Positions 35,080 to 45,279 of a DNA stretch of 64,000 bases are shown here, one piece after another. Below the pieces are notes generated by a model. The model searched no databases and was not told the DNA's origin. It was given only the letters and a program-made list of their open reading frames with translations. The position numbers and the translations under genes are program-made. This DNA comes from an uncultured Syntrophaceae bacterium. Lineage in GTDB: Bacteria; Desulfobacterota; Syntrophia; Syntrophales; PHBD01. The stretch spans positions 2,631-66,630 of the forward strand of contig CAYNEJ010000002.1 of NCBI GenBank assembly GCA_964396205.1, in the 5' to 3' direction. Position 1 is the first letter of the stretch. Every line of letters begins with the position of its first letter.

Positions 35080-35679
35080 GTGACCATGAGAAACCGCCTT
35101 CACCACCTCTTCGTCGTGATCGTCATCGTCCTGTTCGGCGCCTCTCTTTTCTTCACGGTCCAGGTGACCGCTTTCAAGAAAGGCCTGGGGGCCGGCGCCG
35201 CCGCTCCGGGCCTCCGGAGCGGCCAGACCGGGGTCGTCACGAACATCATCGACGGCGACGAGGTGACCGTCCGGATGGGGGAAGATTCCGTCAGGGTCCG
35301 GCTTCTCGGGGTTTACTCCTACGACACGACCGCCGACGATCCCCTGGTCAAGCCCGCGGCCCGGCAGGCCTTTCTCCACCTGGACCGGACCGTGCGCAAC
35401 CGGGAGGTCGGGATCGTCTTCGACGAGTTGAAGCATGACTCCCGGAAGCGGCTGCTCGCTTACCTGCACAGGGACGGCGCCGATGTCGGAATGGAGATGA
35501 TTGCCCGCGGACTGTCCCTGGCCTACACGAAATACCCCTTCTCCAGGATGAGCCCCTATCTGCTGGCGCAGGAAAAAGCCAGGCAGGACAAGGAGGGGCT
35601 CTGGGCGGACCGGCAGCTGGCCCTCCGGTCCGGCCAATTGAAGAGCCTCTGGGACGCGGAACGGACGAAAGGAGACTGA
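35080..35679 (+). CDS. thermonuclease (SNase-like) family protein, membrane-anchored
   Basis: N-terminal TM. DGDEVTVRMG...VRLLGV...RLLAYL...GLSLAYTKYPF...EGLWA. Confidence 0.8.
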   Translation: MTMRNRLHHLFVVIVIVLFGASLFFTVQVTAFKKGLGAGAAAPGLRSGQTGVVTNIIDGDEVTVRMGEDSVRVRLLGVYSYDTTADDPLVKPAARQAFLHLDRTVRNREVGIVFDELKHDSRKRLLAYLHRDGADVGMEMIARGLSLAYTKYPFSRMSPYLLAQEKARQDKEGLWADRQLALRSGQLKSLWDAERTKGD

Positions 35680-35681
35680 CG

Positions 35682-36737
35682 GTGTATCAGATCCTCCTGC
35701 GATTCTGGAGAAAAGGCCAGACCCTGGCTGCGCTCAACATGAAGGTCAAGGCCGCCGCCGTCTTCGTCCTGCTCCTCTGGTACACCTCCTCGGGGTTCCT
35801 GTATTTCGAGCTTCCGGGAAAACCCGATCTGAACTGGCTGGACGCCCTTTGGTGGTCCGTGGTGACCATGGCGACCGTCGGCTACGGGGACGTCTTTCCC
35901 GTGACGCCGGGAGGGCGATATCTCGTCGGCGTGCCGGCGATGGTCTTCGGCATCGGTTTCCTGGGATACCTGATCTCCGAGATCGCCGGCACCATTCTAG
36001 AAACCAGATCCAGGAGGCTGAAAGGGATGATCGACATCGCTGCGAAGAACCACGTCCTGATCGTCAATTACAACCAGATCGACAAGGTGCTGAAACTCGT
36101 CGGGGAGCTGAAGGCGGATCCGTCGACGCGGGACCGGGCCGTCTGCCTCGTTGACGACACCCTGGACGAGCTGCCGGCGGAGCTTCACGCCCGGGACGTC
36201 CTGTTTCTCAGGGGCGATCCGACCCGGCAGGAGGTCCTGCGGCGGGCGAATATAGCCGGGGCGAGTCACGTGATTGTCCTGGCGAAGGATCCCGCCGACG
36301 TCCATTCCGATGACCGGAACCTGGCCGTCACCCTCGTCATCGAGAGCCTGAATCCCCGGGTCTTCTCCGTGGTGGAGGCGGTCAGCGCGGAGAAAATCGA
36401 GCAGCTGCGTCTGGCCGGGGCCGACAGTGTCATCTGCGCCTCGGAGCTGGCCACCGGTTTGATCGTTCAGGAACTTCAGGACCCCGGCATCCAGGAGGTC
36501 ATCAAGGACCTGGTCAGCGACCTCGGGGGACAGCAGATATACTTCATTCCCATCCGGAAAATGACGCGGTGGGACTATGGGGAGCTCGTCGGCTGGGGAC
36601 TTGCCAATGGCCACACGGTCATTGGGGTCGTCCGCGGTGGGCGTCCGATGCTCAACTGCCCGGCGGCAGAGTCCGTCCGGGACACCGACCGGGCCATCGT
36701 CATCAGCGGTGCCCGGGCGGCCGGGGTCGTCGTTTAG
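35682..36737 (+). CDS. potassium channel protein with RCK/TrkA-N domain
   Basis: Selectivity filter TVGYGD, with a Rossmann-like RCK domain following (HVLIVNYN...). Confidence 0.9.
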   Translation: MYQILLRFWRKGQTLAALNMKVKAAAVFVLLLWYTSSGFLYFELPGKPDLNWLDALWWSVVTMATVGYGDVFPVTPGGRYLVGVPAMVFGIGFLGYLISEIAGTILETRSRRLKGMIDIAAKNHVLIVNYNQIDKVLKLVGELKADPSTRDRAVCLVDDTLDELPAELHARDVLFLRGDPTRQEVLRRANIAGASHVIVLAKDPADVHSDDRNLAVTLVIESLNPRVFSVVEAVSAEKIEQLRLAGADSVICASELATGLIVQELQDPGIQEVIKDLVSDLGGQQIYFIPIRKMTRWDYGELVGWGLANGHTVIGVVRGGRPMLNCPAAESVRDTDRAIVISGARAAGVVV

Positions 36738-36854
36738 GATCAATCCCGTCCGGCCCGGCACCGGCCCCGCGATTGCCGGTGGAACGGTCCGCCTGCCCGC
36801 CCGTGTTTCTTCCCGCGGTGTGGCAGACAAGCAAAACGAGGAGAAAGAAATCCG

Positions 36855-37595
36855 ATGAACATCTGCATACGACTGGCCGTCATGGCCGGACTGGCCGTTT
36901 TTCTGGCAAGCGGCTGCAGCAGCCCGGTCCTGAAACAGGACATCCCCGTGTCCACGAACCCGATGGGCGCCAGAATCTACGCCAATGGGCAGCTCGTGGG
37001 GGAGACGCCCTCAAGCGTCGCCCTGGAGCGGAACCGCAGCCACATCCTGACCCTGGTCAAGGAGAACTACCGGCAGGAGGACGTGGTGATCGAGAGGCTG
37101 TACCAGCAAGACAAGGCCTATCTGAAAGCGATCCAGACGGGCGTCCATTCGGGCCTCTTTTTCAAGGACGCCGCCATGGGAGTCGGCAGCAGCATGACTT
37201 CGCTCTCCTCACAGGAGGAGACGGGGGAGGCCTATATTCTTTACCCGCCGGCCGTCAAGGTGACCCTGACGCCGGTGGGTGGAGCCGGCAGGAACGATCC
37301 GGCGGTACCGCCCGCACCGCCGTCGCCGGGTGCCGTTTCAGCGGACCGGCCGGCAGGAACCGGTGAGGCCCCGCGAATGGACAAGAAGGACTTTGCCCGC
37401 GAGGTTTTCAAAATGGGTGCCGGCGCGGCGCTGACCCGGGTGAAGCCCATCGGGAAGAAGGTGGAGACCTCGTCCTCGTCCAGGAGCTATGTCACCCCGG
37501 GCGGGGCCATGGTTACGGAAAAATCGAGCACGTCGGTCGGCGTCGGCATCAATCCCGCGGGGCTGGTCGACGTCATCGATACGCTGTTCAAGTAG
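36855..37595 (+). CDS. PEGA domain lipoprotein
   Basis: Lipobox LASGCS. PEGA-like GARIYANGQLVGETPSSVAL. Confidence 0.8.
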   Translation: MNICIRLAVMAGLAVFLASGCSSPVLKQDIPVSTNPMGARIYANGQLVGETPSSVALERNRSHILTLVKENYRQEDVVIERLYQQDKAYLKAIQTGVHSGLFFKDAAMGVGSSMTSLSSQEETGEAYILYPPAVKVTLTPVGGAGRNDPAVPPAPPSPGAVSADRPAGTGEAPRMDKKDFAREVFKMGAGAALTRVKPIGKKVETSSSSRSYVTPGGAMVTEKSSTSVGVGINPAGLVDVIDTLFK

Positions 37596-37651
37596 GTTTC
37601 TTAACGGCGCCGTGCACATGCGCACAGTGCCGGAGGGAAAAGGAGTAACGC

Positions 37652-38125
37652 ATGAGCAAGAGAGTGCTGATGATCCTGTGGGTTATCCTGGTCGTTGTCC
37701 CGGCGGCGACGGCCTGCGCGGTGGATCTCGCCGCCCTTGACCGGGTGAGCGTCCTCATGCCCAAGGCCCGGGTGATCTCCATCCTGGGTGCGCCCGCTGA
37801 AGTAACGTCGATGGGCCCCCTGAAAGTCGATCTGTACCGGGTCACCGGCGCGAGTCCGCTGGTGAGCGCGGGATGCATTTACGAGAAGGAAGCGACGCTG
37901 GCCGGGATCGCCTTCATCTTCCGGGGAGATCTCGCGATCGAGACGGCGAAGAGGCTGCAGGAGAACGGATTCGCCCTTTCGGAAGGAAGAGGGACCGCCG
38001 TCCGCCTGTCTGGAAAGGACGACGACACCGGCCTCCCGGTGGTCGTCACGATTGACGTGAACAGCGAGCTGATGACGGTCATCGCCTTCGAGAAGGGATT
38101 TTTTGAGCGGAATGTGCAACGCTGA
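37652..38125 (+). CDS. secreted hypothetical protein
   Basis: Signal peptide MSKRVLMILWVILVVVPAATACA. No family recognised. Confidence 0.6.
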   Translation: MSKRVLMILWVILVVVPAATACAVDLAALDRVSVLMPKARVISILGAPAEVTSMGPLKVDLYRVTGASPLVSAGCIYEKEATLAGIAFIFRGDLAIETAKRLQENGFALSEGRGTAVRLSGKDDDTGLPVVVTIDVNSELMTVIAFEKGFFERNVQR

Positions 38126-38281
38126 TCGGGCGGCCGCATGCCGGCACACACGGACCGGTCACCCGTTTCAGGAGTTTTTCGCCCGGGTGTCCAGGGAAAA
38201 ATAACGGGAACATTCCATCCGGGCGCTGCATTGCCGGCTCGTGCCCGGAGGAGGACGCAGGCCGGCGTGATCACATTCGAC

Positions 38282-38884
38282 ATGGAAAACTGGATGAGGG
38301 TGCGCGAAGCGACGCCGGACGACTTCAACGGCTGGCTCGATCTGGCGAGGGAGGTCGAGCCGCTGTTCGGCCCCATGGTGGATGATGCGGCCTTCCGGGA
38401 GGGCCTGAAGCGGGCGATCGAAGAGAAGATCGCCTGGTGTGTCGAGGAGCCGGATGAACAGGGATGCACCGTGTTTCGCGGCGGCATCGTCGTTTCGAGG
38501 GAGGCAAACGAGATCCTCTGGCTTGCCGTTTCCGGGAGGAAGCGGGGGCATGGGATGGGGGCTGCCCTGCTGTCCGAGGCGATCGAACGCCTGGATCGAA
38601 GCCGGCCGATAGCGGTGACGACGTTCGATGACACGATCCCGGAGGGGCTTCCCGCCAGGAGGCTGTACCGGCGATTCGGGTTCGCGGATTCCGCGGCGGC
38701 AGGCCTGAATCCCGCTGGAATCCCCACGGTCACGATGACCCTGGGGGAAAGGGGAGCCCGGGAGAGGGAGGAATGCCCCGCTTTCTCCCGTGCGGAAAAG
38801 CAGCAGGAGGGAAGGGGAACGTCTCTCTTGCGGGACCGGACAGGGCCCGGAACCGAACGGACGATCAAGGAGGAGCCGCTATGA
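38282..38884 (+). CDS. GNAT family N-acetyltransferase
   Basis: Internal ATG 38282. LWLAVSGRKRGHGMGAALL (acetyl-CoA motif A) and RRLYRRFGF. Confidence 0.8.
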   Translation: MENWMRVREATPDDFNGWLDLAREVEPLFGPMVDDAAFREGLKRAIEEKIAWCVEEPDEQGCTVFRGGIVVSREANEILWLAVSGRKRGHGMGAALLSEAIERLDRSRPIAVTTFDDTIPEGLPARRLYRRFGFADSAAAGLNPAGIPTVTMTLGERGAREREECPAFSRAEKQQEGRGTSLLRDRTGPGTERTIKEEPL

Positions 38885-39420
38885 ACAGCGTCGTCGATCG
38901 CATGGCGAAGGACGAGATCATCGAATTTTTGAACCGCTCCTGGATGACCCATGACGGGATGTGGTTCTACAACTGCTTCCGGGAATGCGGCATAGAAACG
39001 GCCAACCGGGTCAACAAGGCGGCGATCCGGTCCATGGCGCCCCTGGAGATGGCCAGGATGAAAAAGGTCCTGGGCATGGCCGCGGAGAAAATGGAGACCT
39101 TCGAGGAATTCAAAAAATTCTTCTCCGGTGCCGCCAGGATGTGCGTCCCGCCGTTCATGAACGGCCGGTTCGACACCGACCGCGAGAACACCCTGCACTG
39201 GGAATTCGCCCCGAAGAACTGCTTTGCGTACAAGGGAATGGTTCGGATCGGGGCGATCGATCAATACGAGTGCGGGGTCATCTACCGGCTGGCCTGCTGG
39301 TTCGACGCCCTGGGCCTGAAGTACAGAGCGACACCGGAGATCACCGGCTGTCGGATGCGGTCGGGCGACACTTGCGAGGGGGACTTCGTCTTCGACTTTG
39401 GCACGCCCGCCGTGTCCTGA
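38881..39420 (+). CDS. hypothetical cytosolic protein (possibly DUF6125/ATC-hydrolase-like)
   Basis: ATG overlaps the GNAT stop (ATGA). WMTHDGMWFYNCFRECGIETANRVNKAA. The family assignment is tentative. Confidence 0.6.
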   Translation: MNSVVDRMAKDEIIEFLNRSWMTHDGMWFYNCFRECGIETANRVNKAAIRSMAPLEMARMKKVLGMAAEKMETFEEFKKFFSGAARMCVPPFMNGRFDTDRENTLHWEFAPKNCFAYKGMVRIGAIDQYECGVIYRLACWFDALGLKYRATPEITGCRMRSGDTCEGDFVFDFGTPAVS

Positions 39421-39521
39421 TCGCCGCTCCGGGAAAAAGAGGGCCTGTCGCCGAAGATCCGGCTGGTGTTCATGGAGAAAAACAACGATGGCCGCCCGCG
39501 GGCGGAATGAGGAACAGGAGA

Positions 39522-40463
39522 ATGATCGTACACGACACCGCAATGACGGCGGAAGGCCGCCGTCGATCGACCCCGAAACATATCATGTACCCGGCAGTCT
39601 GCCTGGTGTTCCTGGTCATGGCGATCGGGACGGCGTCTGCCGCACCGGCGGATTGGCCCCATGTCGCCCTGTCCGGGGACGGCACACCGATTTCCTATGA
39701 GGTCTATGGCGCGGGGGAGCCGGCCCTGGTGTTCGTTCATGGCTGGAACTGCGACGCCCGCTACTGGCGCGAGCAGGTGCCGTTCTTTTCGAGGACGAAC
39801 CGCGTGGTGGTTCTCGACCTGGCGGGGCACGGCCACTCGGGAATGGGCCGAACGAAGTACACCATGGGGGCTTTTGGGGAGGACGTGAGGGCCGTGGTGG
39901 AGGCGACGGACAGCCGCAGCATGATCCTGATCGGCCACTCCATGGGCGGCTCGGTGATCGCCGAGGCCGCCCGCCTGATGCCCGGCCGCGTCACCGGCCT
40001 GATCGGTGTCGACACGCTCGAAAATGTCGAGTACCCCATGACCCGCGAAGTGCTTGAAAAGATGACCGCTCCCCTGAAAAAGGATTTCCGGGCCGGGAGC
40101 CGGCAGTTCGTCGGGCAGATGATCTCGCCCCGGACCGATCAGCGGCTTCGCGAGTGGATTATCGCAGACATGTCGGCGGCGCCGCCGGCCGTGGCCCTGA
40201 GCGCCATGGACGAGTTGATGATGCAGTATGTCACGGGGGAGGCGGCCAGGGTCTTCGATCAGGTCCGGGTACCCGTCGTCAGCGTAAACGGGGACCTCTG
40301 GCCCGTCAACTACGAGGCGAACCGGCGGCACATGCTGTCCTATGACGCCATCGTCATCCCGAAGGCGGATCATTTCCTGATGATGAACCGCCCGGAGGAG
40401 TTCAACCGCGCCCTGGTAAAGGCGATCCAAATAGTCCTGGACAAGACGGACAAGGGAAAATGA
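39522..40463 (+). CDS. alpha/beta hydrolase, secreted
   Basis: Signal/TM segment YPAVCLVFLVMAIGTASA, HGWNCD, and nucleophile elbow GHSMGG. Confidence 0.85.
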   Translation: MIVHDTAMTAEGRRRSTPKHIMYPAVCLVFLVMAIGTASAAPADWPHVALSGDGTPISYEVYGAGEPALVFVHGWNCDARYWREQVPFFSRTNRVVVLDLAGHGHSGMGRTKYTMGAFGEDVRAVVEATDSRSMILIGHSMGGSVIAEAARLMPGRVTGLIGVDTLENVEYPMTREVLEKMTAPLKKDFRAGSRQFVGQMISPRTDQRLREWIIADMSAAPPAVALSAMDELMMQYVTGEAARVFDQVRVPVVSVNGDLWPVNYEANRRHMLSYDAIVIPKADHFLMMNRPEEFNRALVKAIQIVLDKTDKGK

Positions 40464-40702
40464 CCGGGAAGAGTGAACAAACCCCGGACAGGCGCAGACG
40501 GCGCAAGGCGTGCCAGCACGCACGGGGAACGACCGACTTATACATGCGTGAATGCGCGAACGCCATATAGCGGCGAGTATCTTTATCTAGAACTATTGAT
40601 ATAAAAAGTTGCGGCACGGAACAGGATTCGGACCCCTTTTCTCTCCTCCGGAAATGCTATATGAAATAATTGGACGTGTTCTCTTTTCCGAAAGGAGGCT
40701 TT

Positions 40703-41044
40703 ATGAAACGGACGGAACGGATTGCATGGCCGGCGCTGCTGGCCGTAATTCTGCTGGCGGCCGTGTCGGCCGGGTTCCCGGCGGAGGTACAGGCCCGGAA
40801 GGCGGTTGCCGTGGAAGGGGCGACGTTCGAGACGGCCCACTCGATCAGGGACAACCTGAAAGTCTATGCCGGCAGGGATGTCGTGATCCATCTCCGCTCG
40901 GGGAAGACCTTCCAGGGATACGTGAAGACCGTCGGCGAGCACTTGGTTCACCTGGAAAAGCTCTCCGGCCGGGATTTTTATGATGCCCTGATCCGCATCG
41001 AAGACATTACAGCCGTCGAGGCCCGGTTCAGGGAGTTGAAGTAA
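40703..41044 (+). CDS. small secreted hypothetical protein
   Basis: ATG 40703 after AGGAGG. Signal peptide IAWPALLAVILLAAVSAGFPAEVQA. Confidence 0.6.
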   Translation: MKRTERIAWPALLAVILLAAVSAGFPAEVQARKAVAVEGATFETAHSIRDNLKVYAGRDVVIHLRSGKTFQGYVKTVGEHLVHLEKLSGRDFYDALIRIEDITAVEARFRELK

Positions 41045-41244
41045 GGATCCATCGTCTGCCGGTTGATGCTGCGCACAATTCCGTTTGACATGAAAACGGG
41101 ATTCATGTTCGTTGAACAACCGATAAGGCACCGCCCGGTCGTGTCATGGGGAGGCATGGCCGGGATGCGCATCGTTCCCGTCCCCTCAATATCCGGGTGT
41201 GAGAAACATTGCAGACACTCACGCCGCTTCTCCGGAAGGAAACC

Positions 41245-42090
41245 ATGCTTCGCTGCACTCGCATCTTGCCGGGCCTGTCTTGTCTCCTGTTCATGGCGTT
41301 CCTGTTTTGCGAGGGTGCGCCGGACGCGCTGGCGGGAGATACGCTTCGAATCAACGGATCCGGAGCCGCTCTGGAGATGATGAAGCCCCTCATGATGGCC
41401 TACGGCAAAACGGAGAGGGGCGTCTCGTTCGCCATGGACAAACCGCTGGGCAGCTCGGGCGCGATCAAGGCGCTTCTTGCCGGGGCGATCGATATCGCCG
41501 TCGTCAGCCGTCGTCTGAAGCCGGAGGAGATTAACCGGGGCGGAAGAGAAAGGCCTTTTGGCAAAACCCCCCTGGTCATTGTGGTGGAGAAATCGAACCG
41601 GCTGAAAACCATTTCAACGACCGGGCTGGAAGACATCTATGCCGGCCGGGTAAAGAAATGGCCGGATGGGGAAACGATCCGGATCATCCTTCGTCCCAGG
41701 GCGGATACCGATACGAAGATCTTGAGGGGTCTTTCTCCGCGCATGAACGAGGCCGTCGCCGTGGCGCACCGTCGGAAGGGAATGAGGATTGCCTTGACCG
41801 ATCCGGAGTCGAACGAGGCCGTTTCCAGAACGGCCGGAGGGATCGGAACCGCCGCGCTTGCCGGTGTGCTGGTCGCCGGGCTGCCGCTGAATGTTGTCGC
41901 GCTGAACGGCGTCAAGCCGGACCGAAAAACCCTTGCCGATGGAACCTACCCGCTTGCCAAGGAGATCGGCTTCGTAACGGCCGGTACACTTTCCGCTGCC
42001 GCCGCACAATTCCTGGAATTCGTCTACTCGGAGAAAGGACGCGCCATTGCCGAGAAATACGGAGTCCTTGTTCCCGTTGCCGGAAAATGA
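41245..42090 (+). CDS. PstS-family (PBP-like_2) periplasmic substrate-binding protein
   Basis: LRINGSGAALEMM...GSSGAIKALLAGAIDIAVVSR. Confidence 0.8.
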   Translation: MLRCTRILPGLSCLLFMAFLFCEGAPDALAGDTLRINGSGAALEMMKPLMMAYGKTERGVSFAMDKPLGSSGAIKALLAGAIDIAVVSRRLKPEEINRGGRERPFGKTPLVIVVEKSNRLKTISTTGLEDIYAGRVKKWPDGETIRIILRPRADTDTKILRGLSPRMNEAVAVAHRRKGMRIALTDPESNEAVSRTAGGIGTAALAGVLVAGLPLNVVALNGVKPDRKTLADGTYPLAKEIGFVTAGTLSAAAAQFLEFVYSEKGRAIAEKYGVLVPVAGK

Positions 42091-43727
42091 AGCTGCATAA
42101 CCGATCCGTAACCCGCGTCTCATCCCTCCTGGTTGTCATCATCAGCCTTGTTGTGGCCGTTTGCTTACCCGTCGGTTACTTCGTCGTTTCATACGGATAC
42201 ATGGAGGGCGGCGTCCACGCCGAACTCGCATTCTCCGCCCGGACCGTCGAAGGACTGGTCGTCAGAAATCCCAAAACCTGGCAGTTCGAGGAAGTCCGTC
42301 TCCAGGAGATATTGGAATACAGGCTTAATTACGGAGTTCACGAGAAGCGGGCCGTCCGGGATATGAAGGGGCGGGTCATCGCCCGGACGCCGGAGTCCCT
42401 GACGGGGCCCCTGGTAACCTTCCGTGCACCCGTTCATGATGCCGACAAAAAGGTCGCGGAAGTCGAGATCACCCGCTCCATCTTCCCTCTCATGCTGCAG
42501 ACGGTCATCGTCGGGGCCGGTTCCTTCATGACGGGAATCCTGTTGTTCCTTTTCTTTCAGTCCTACCCGCTGCGGGCGGTGCGGGAAGCCCATCAAAAGC
42601 TGGCGGAGAACGAGAAACGCCTCACACTTGCCCTGAGGGCGGGCGATTTCGGCGTCTGGGATTGGGACATCAAAAAGAACATCGTCACCTGCAATGACAG
42701 GATGTACGAGATATTCGCCGTTTCCAGGGAGTCCTGCGTCACCCGGGACGACTGGCTGAACTGCGTTCATCCGGAAGACCGCGACAGGGCCCTGAGAGAT
42801 TACATCCCCCGAATGATCGGGGACAAGGGATTCAACACCGAGTACCGCATCATTCATTCCGACGGGGCGGTCCGGCATATCCAGGCCAACGGCATCGTGT
42901 TGCTGGATGAGGGAGGCAAACCCGCGAGGCTGATCATCCTGAACCGGGATGTCACCGAGCGCAAACGGGCGGAGGAAGAGCAGCTGAGAGTTCAGAAGCT
43001 GGAGTCCGTCGGAACGCTGGCAGGGGGAATTGCCCACGATTTCAATAATCTCCTGGCGGTCATCCATGGGTACATCGAGCTTCTGATGGCGGATGCACCA
43101 CCGGGGGAGAAGGTCCGCGGCCGACTCGAGGCCGCCAAAAAAGCGGTCGGCCAGGCGATGGAGCTGACCAGCCTTTTGATCACGTTTTCCAGGGGAGGGG
43201 AACCGGTCCGGGAGGTTGTGGACATCGGCGAAATGCTGAAGGATGCCGTCTCGAAGAACATTGGTGAATGGCCCGTGGAACGGAAATTCCAACTGGCCGC
43301 CGATCTCTGGGTCCTGGAAGTTGATGAGCGGCAGATACGCCAGGTAATCAGGAGCCTGGCGATCAATGCCGTCGAGGCAATGCCCGAAGGGGGGAGTCTC
43401 ACGGTCCGGGCGGAGAATACAAGGGTTACGGCACAGGACGGCCTGCCGATCGCAGAGGGGCCCTATGTCAGGATATCCATGGAAGATACGGGAACGGGCA
43501 TCCCGAGAGAGGAGCTGCCGCTGATCTTCGATCCCTATTTTTCCACCAAGCAGAGAGGGCCGGAAAAGGGGATGGGGCTCGGCCTGTCGGTCTGTCACTC
43601 CGTGGTCGGCAGGCACAACGGCTGCATCACCGTGGAGTCGGAGCAGGGGAAAGGGACCACGTTCCACGTGTACCTCCCGGCGGGCGTCAGTCTCAGCACC
43701 TCCGCTCAGCGAACCGCCGCCGGATGA
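42087..43727 (+). CDS. sensor histidine kinase (TM, PAS, HisKA, HATPase)
   Basis: ATG overlaps the upstream stop (ATGA). PAS region, H-box GGIAHDFNNLL, and G-box GMGLGLS. Confidence 0.9.
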   Translation: MKLHNRSVTRVSSLLVVIISLVVAVCLPVGYFVVSYGYMEGGVHAELAFSARTVEGLVVRNPKTWQFEEVRLQEILEYRLNYGVHEKRAVRDMKGRVIARTPESLTGPLVTFRAPVHDADKKVAEVEITRSIFPLMLQTVIVGAGSFMTGILLFLFFQSYPLRAVREAHQKLAENEKRLTLALRAGDFGVWDWDIKKNIVTCNDRMYEIFAVSRESCVTRDDWLNCVHPEDRDRALRDYIPRMIGDKGFNTEYRIIHSDGAVRHIQANGIVLLDEGGKPARLIILNRDVTERKRAEEEQLRVQKLESVGTLAGGIAHDFNNLLAVIHGYIELLMADAPPGEKVRGRLEAAKKAVGQAMELTSLLITFSRGGEPVREVVDIGEMLKDAVSKNIGEWPVERKFQLAADLWVLEVDERQIRQVIRSLAINAVEAMPEGGSLTVRAENTRVTAQDGLPIAEGPYVRISMEDTGTGIPREELPLIFDPYFSTKQRGPEKGMGLGLSVCHSVVGRHNGCITVESEQGKGTTFHVYLPAGVSLSTSAQRTAAG

Positions 43728-43944
43728 AACCGGAGGCAGGGAAAGCCGCATTCCGGCGGCGGACGACGGGACCGCGATCCGCGGCACGGCGAAGGAGAAG
43801 AAACGCCGGGCCCTGAAACCATGCCATCAGGGACCTGGGGCCGGGCCGGCGCACCCGCCGGCCGGGGCTTCGTCAGTGTCACTCCGATGGCGAAGGAGTA
43901 CCGGGAGAACCACACCGCCCGATTCAATTTCTCAGGAGGGAAGG

Positions 43945-45183
43945 ATGATCGAAGAAAGAATGAATAGCAAAATTGCATTCCTGCTGGTTTTTCTATTCCT
44001 GACGGTGCTTTTTGCGTTTTGCCCCGCGGACGTCCCGGCGTCGCCCCGGGCTCCGCAAATGACCTGCCTGACGGAGCAGTACCCGCCCTTCAACTATGCC
44101 GAGAAGGGGCGCCTGGAGGGTATCGCGGTCTATCTGCTCGAAGAAATGATGAAAAAGGCGAACATCGGATTCAGCCGGGACCGAATCCGGCTGACAAGCT
44201 GGACGGCGGCATACCGGACGGCCCTGAAAACGAAAAATGCGATCCTGTTCTCCACGACCAGAACACCGGAGCGGGAAACGCTCTTCCAGTGGGTCGGTCC
44301 CATCGCCCCGACCAGGGTCGTCCTGATCGCCCGGAAAGACCGGGCGTTAAAGATCAAGGCTATCGACGATTTGAAAGGCTTGAAGATTGCCGCGCTGCGG
44401 GACGACATCGGGGAACAGCTTCTGGCCCGGGGAGGGATCAAAGGCAAGTCCGTCACGGTCAGGAAAAATGCGGAAGACGCGATCCGCCTGCTCGAGGCGG
44501 GAACCGTCGATGCCTGGGCCTACGAGGAGACAGCGGGACTCTGGCTGATCAAGCATGTGGCGGCCGATCCGGGAAATTACGAAAGCGTTTATCTCCTCCA
44601 CCAGGGCGAGCTCTACTATGCCGTGAACCGTCGCACCCCGAAGGAAACGGTTCAGGCGTTGCAGCAGGCGCTGGACAATCTCAAGCGGGAAAAAACCAGG
44701 GAGGGCTTCAGCGTTTATGAGGAAATCTTCGACCACTACCTGAAGCCCCGCTACACGAAAGACCGGATCACCGCCGAGCAGGTGATGCAGCTGGTCGACC
44801 GCACGGCAAAAGACCTGGCCGGGGACGCCGCAGCAACGATCCGCAGGATCAACAACGGCGACCATCCTTACCGGGACAGGGACAACGCGGCTCTGTACGT
44901 CTTCATGTACGATCCGGCGGTGATGATGATCGCCCATGCCGAAAACGCCAAAACGGTGGGCAGGAGCTTCAAGGGGAAAACAGACGTGGAGGGGAAGGCC
45001 TTCCGGGACGAAATGGTCGCCAGGGCGTTGAAGGACGGGAGCGGCTGGGAGGAGTACGTCTATACCAATCCGGGTGAAAGCGGGCTCTACGTGAAGGCGA
45101 CCTACTTCAAGGCGGCGAAGGGCAGCGACGGCAAAACGTACATCGTCTGTTCGGGAAAATTCAAGGATAAGCCGGGACCGTAG
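43945..45183 (+). CDS. secreted fusion of SBP_bac_3-type binding domain and single-Cache_2-like domain
   Basis: Signal peptide. N-terminal half EQYPPFNY...LFSTTRTPERETLFQWVGP. C-terminal half YVFMYD...IAHAEN...GKTDVEGKAF...GWEEYVYTNP...YVKATYFK. Confidence 0.8.
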   Translation: MIEERMNSKIAFLLVFLFLTVLFAFCPADVPASPRAPQMTCLTEQYPPFNYAEKGRLEGIAVYLLEEMMKKANIGFSRDRIRLTSWTAAYRTALKTKNAILFSTTRTPERETLFQWVGPIAPTRVVLIARKDRALKIKAIDDLKGLKIAALRDDIGEQLLARGGIKGKSVTVRKNAEDAIRLLEAGTVDAWAYEETAGLWLIKHVAADPGNYESVYLLHQGELYYAVNRRTPKETVQALQQALDNLKREKTREGFSVYEEIFDHYLKPRYTKDRITAEQVMQLVDRTAKDLAGDAAATIRRINNGDHPYRDRDNAALYVFMYDPAVMMIAHAENAKTVGRSFKGKTDVEGKAFRDEMVARALKDGSGWEEYVYTNPGESGLYVKATYFKAAKGSDGKTYIVCSGKFKDKPGP

Positions 45184-45279
45184 ATTGAAGGCGGCATGTC
45201 CCTCATCGTTCGGAAACGGATCGATCCCGCTGCCGCCATTCCAAGTTCCGGCCATCCCATTTCGAGGAAAGGATTATTG

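Noticed and set aside
40598-40625. GGCAC-containing stretch in the AT-rich region upstream of 40703 as a sigma-54 promoter
   Set aside because: There is no TTGC at the correct spacing. It is probably just part of an AT-rich sigma70-type promoter region.
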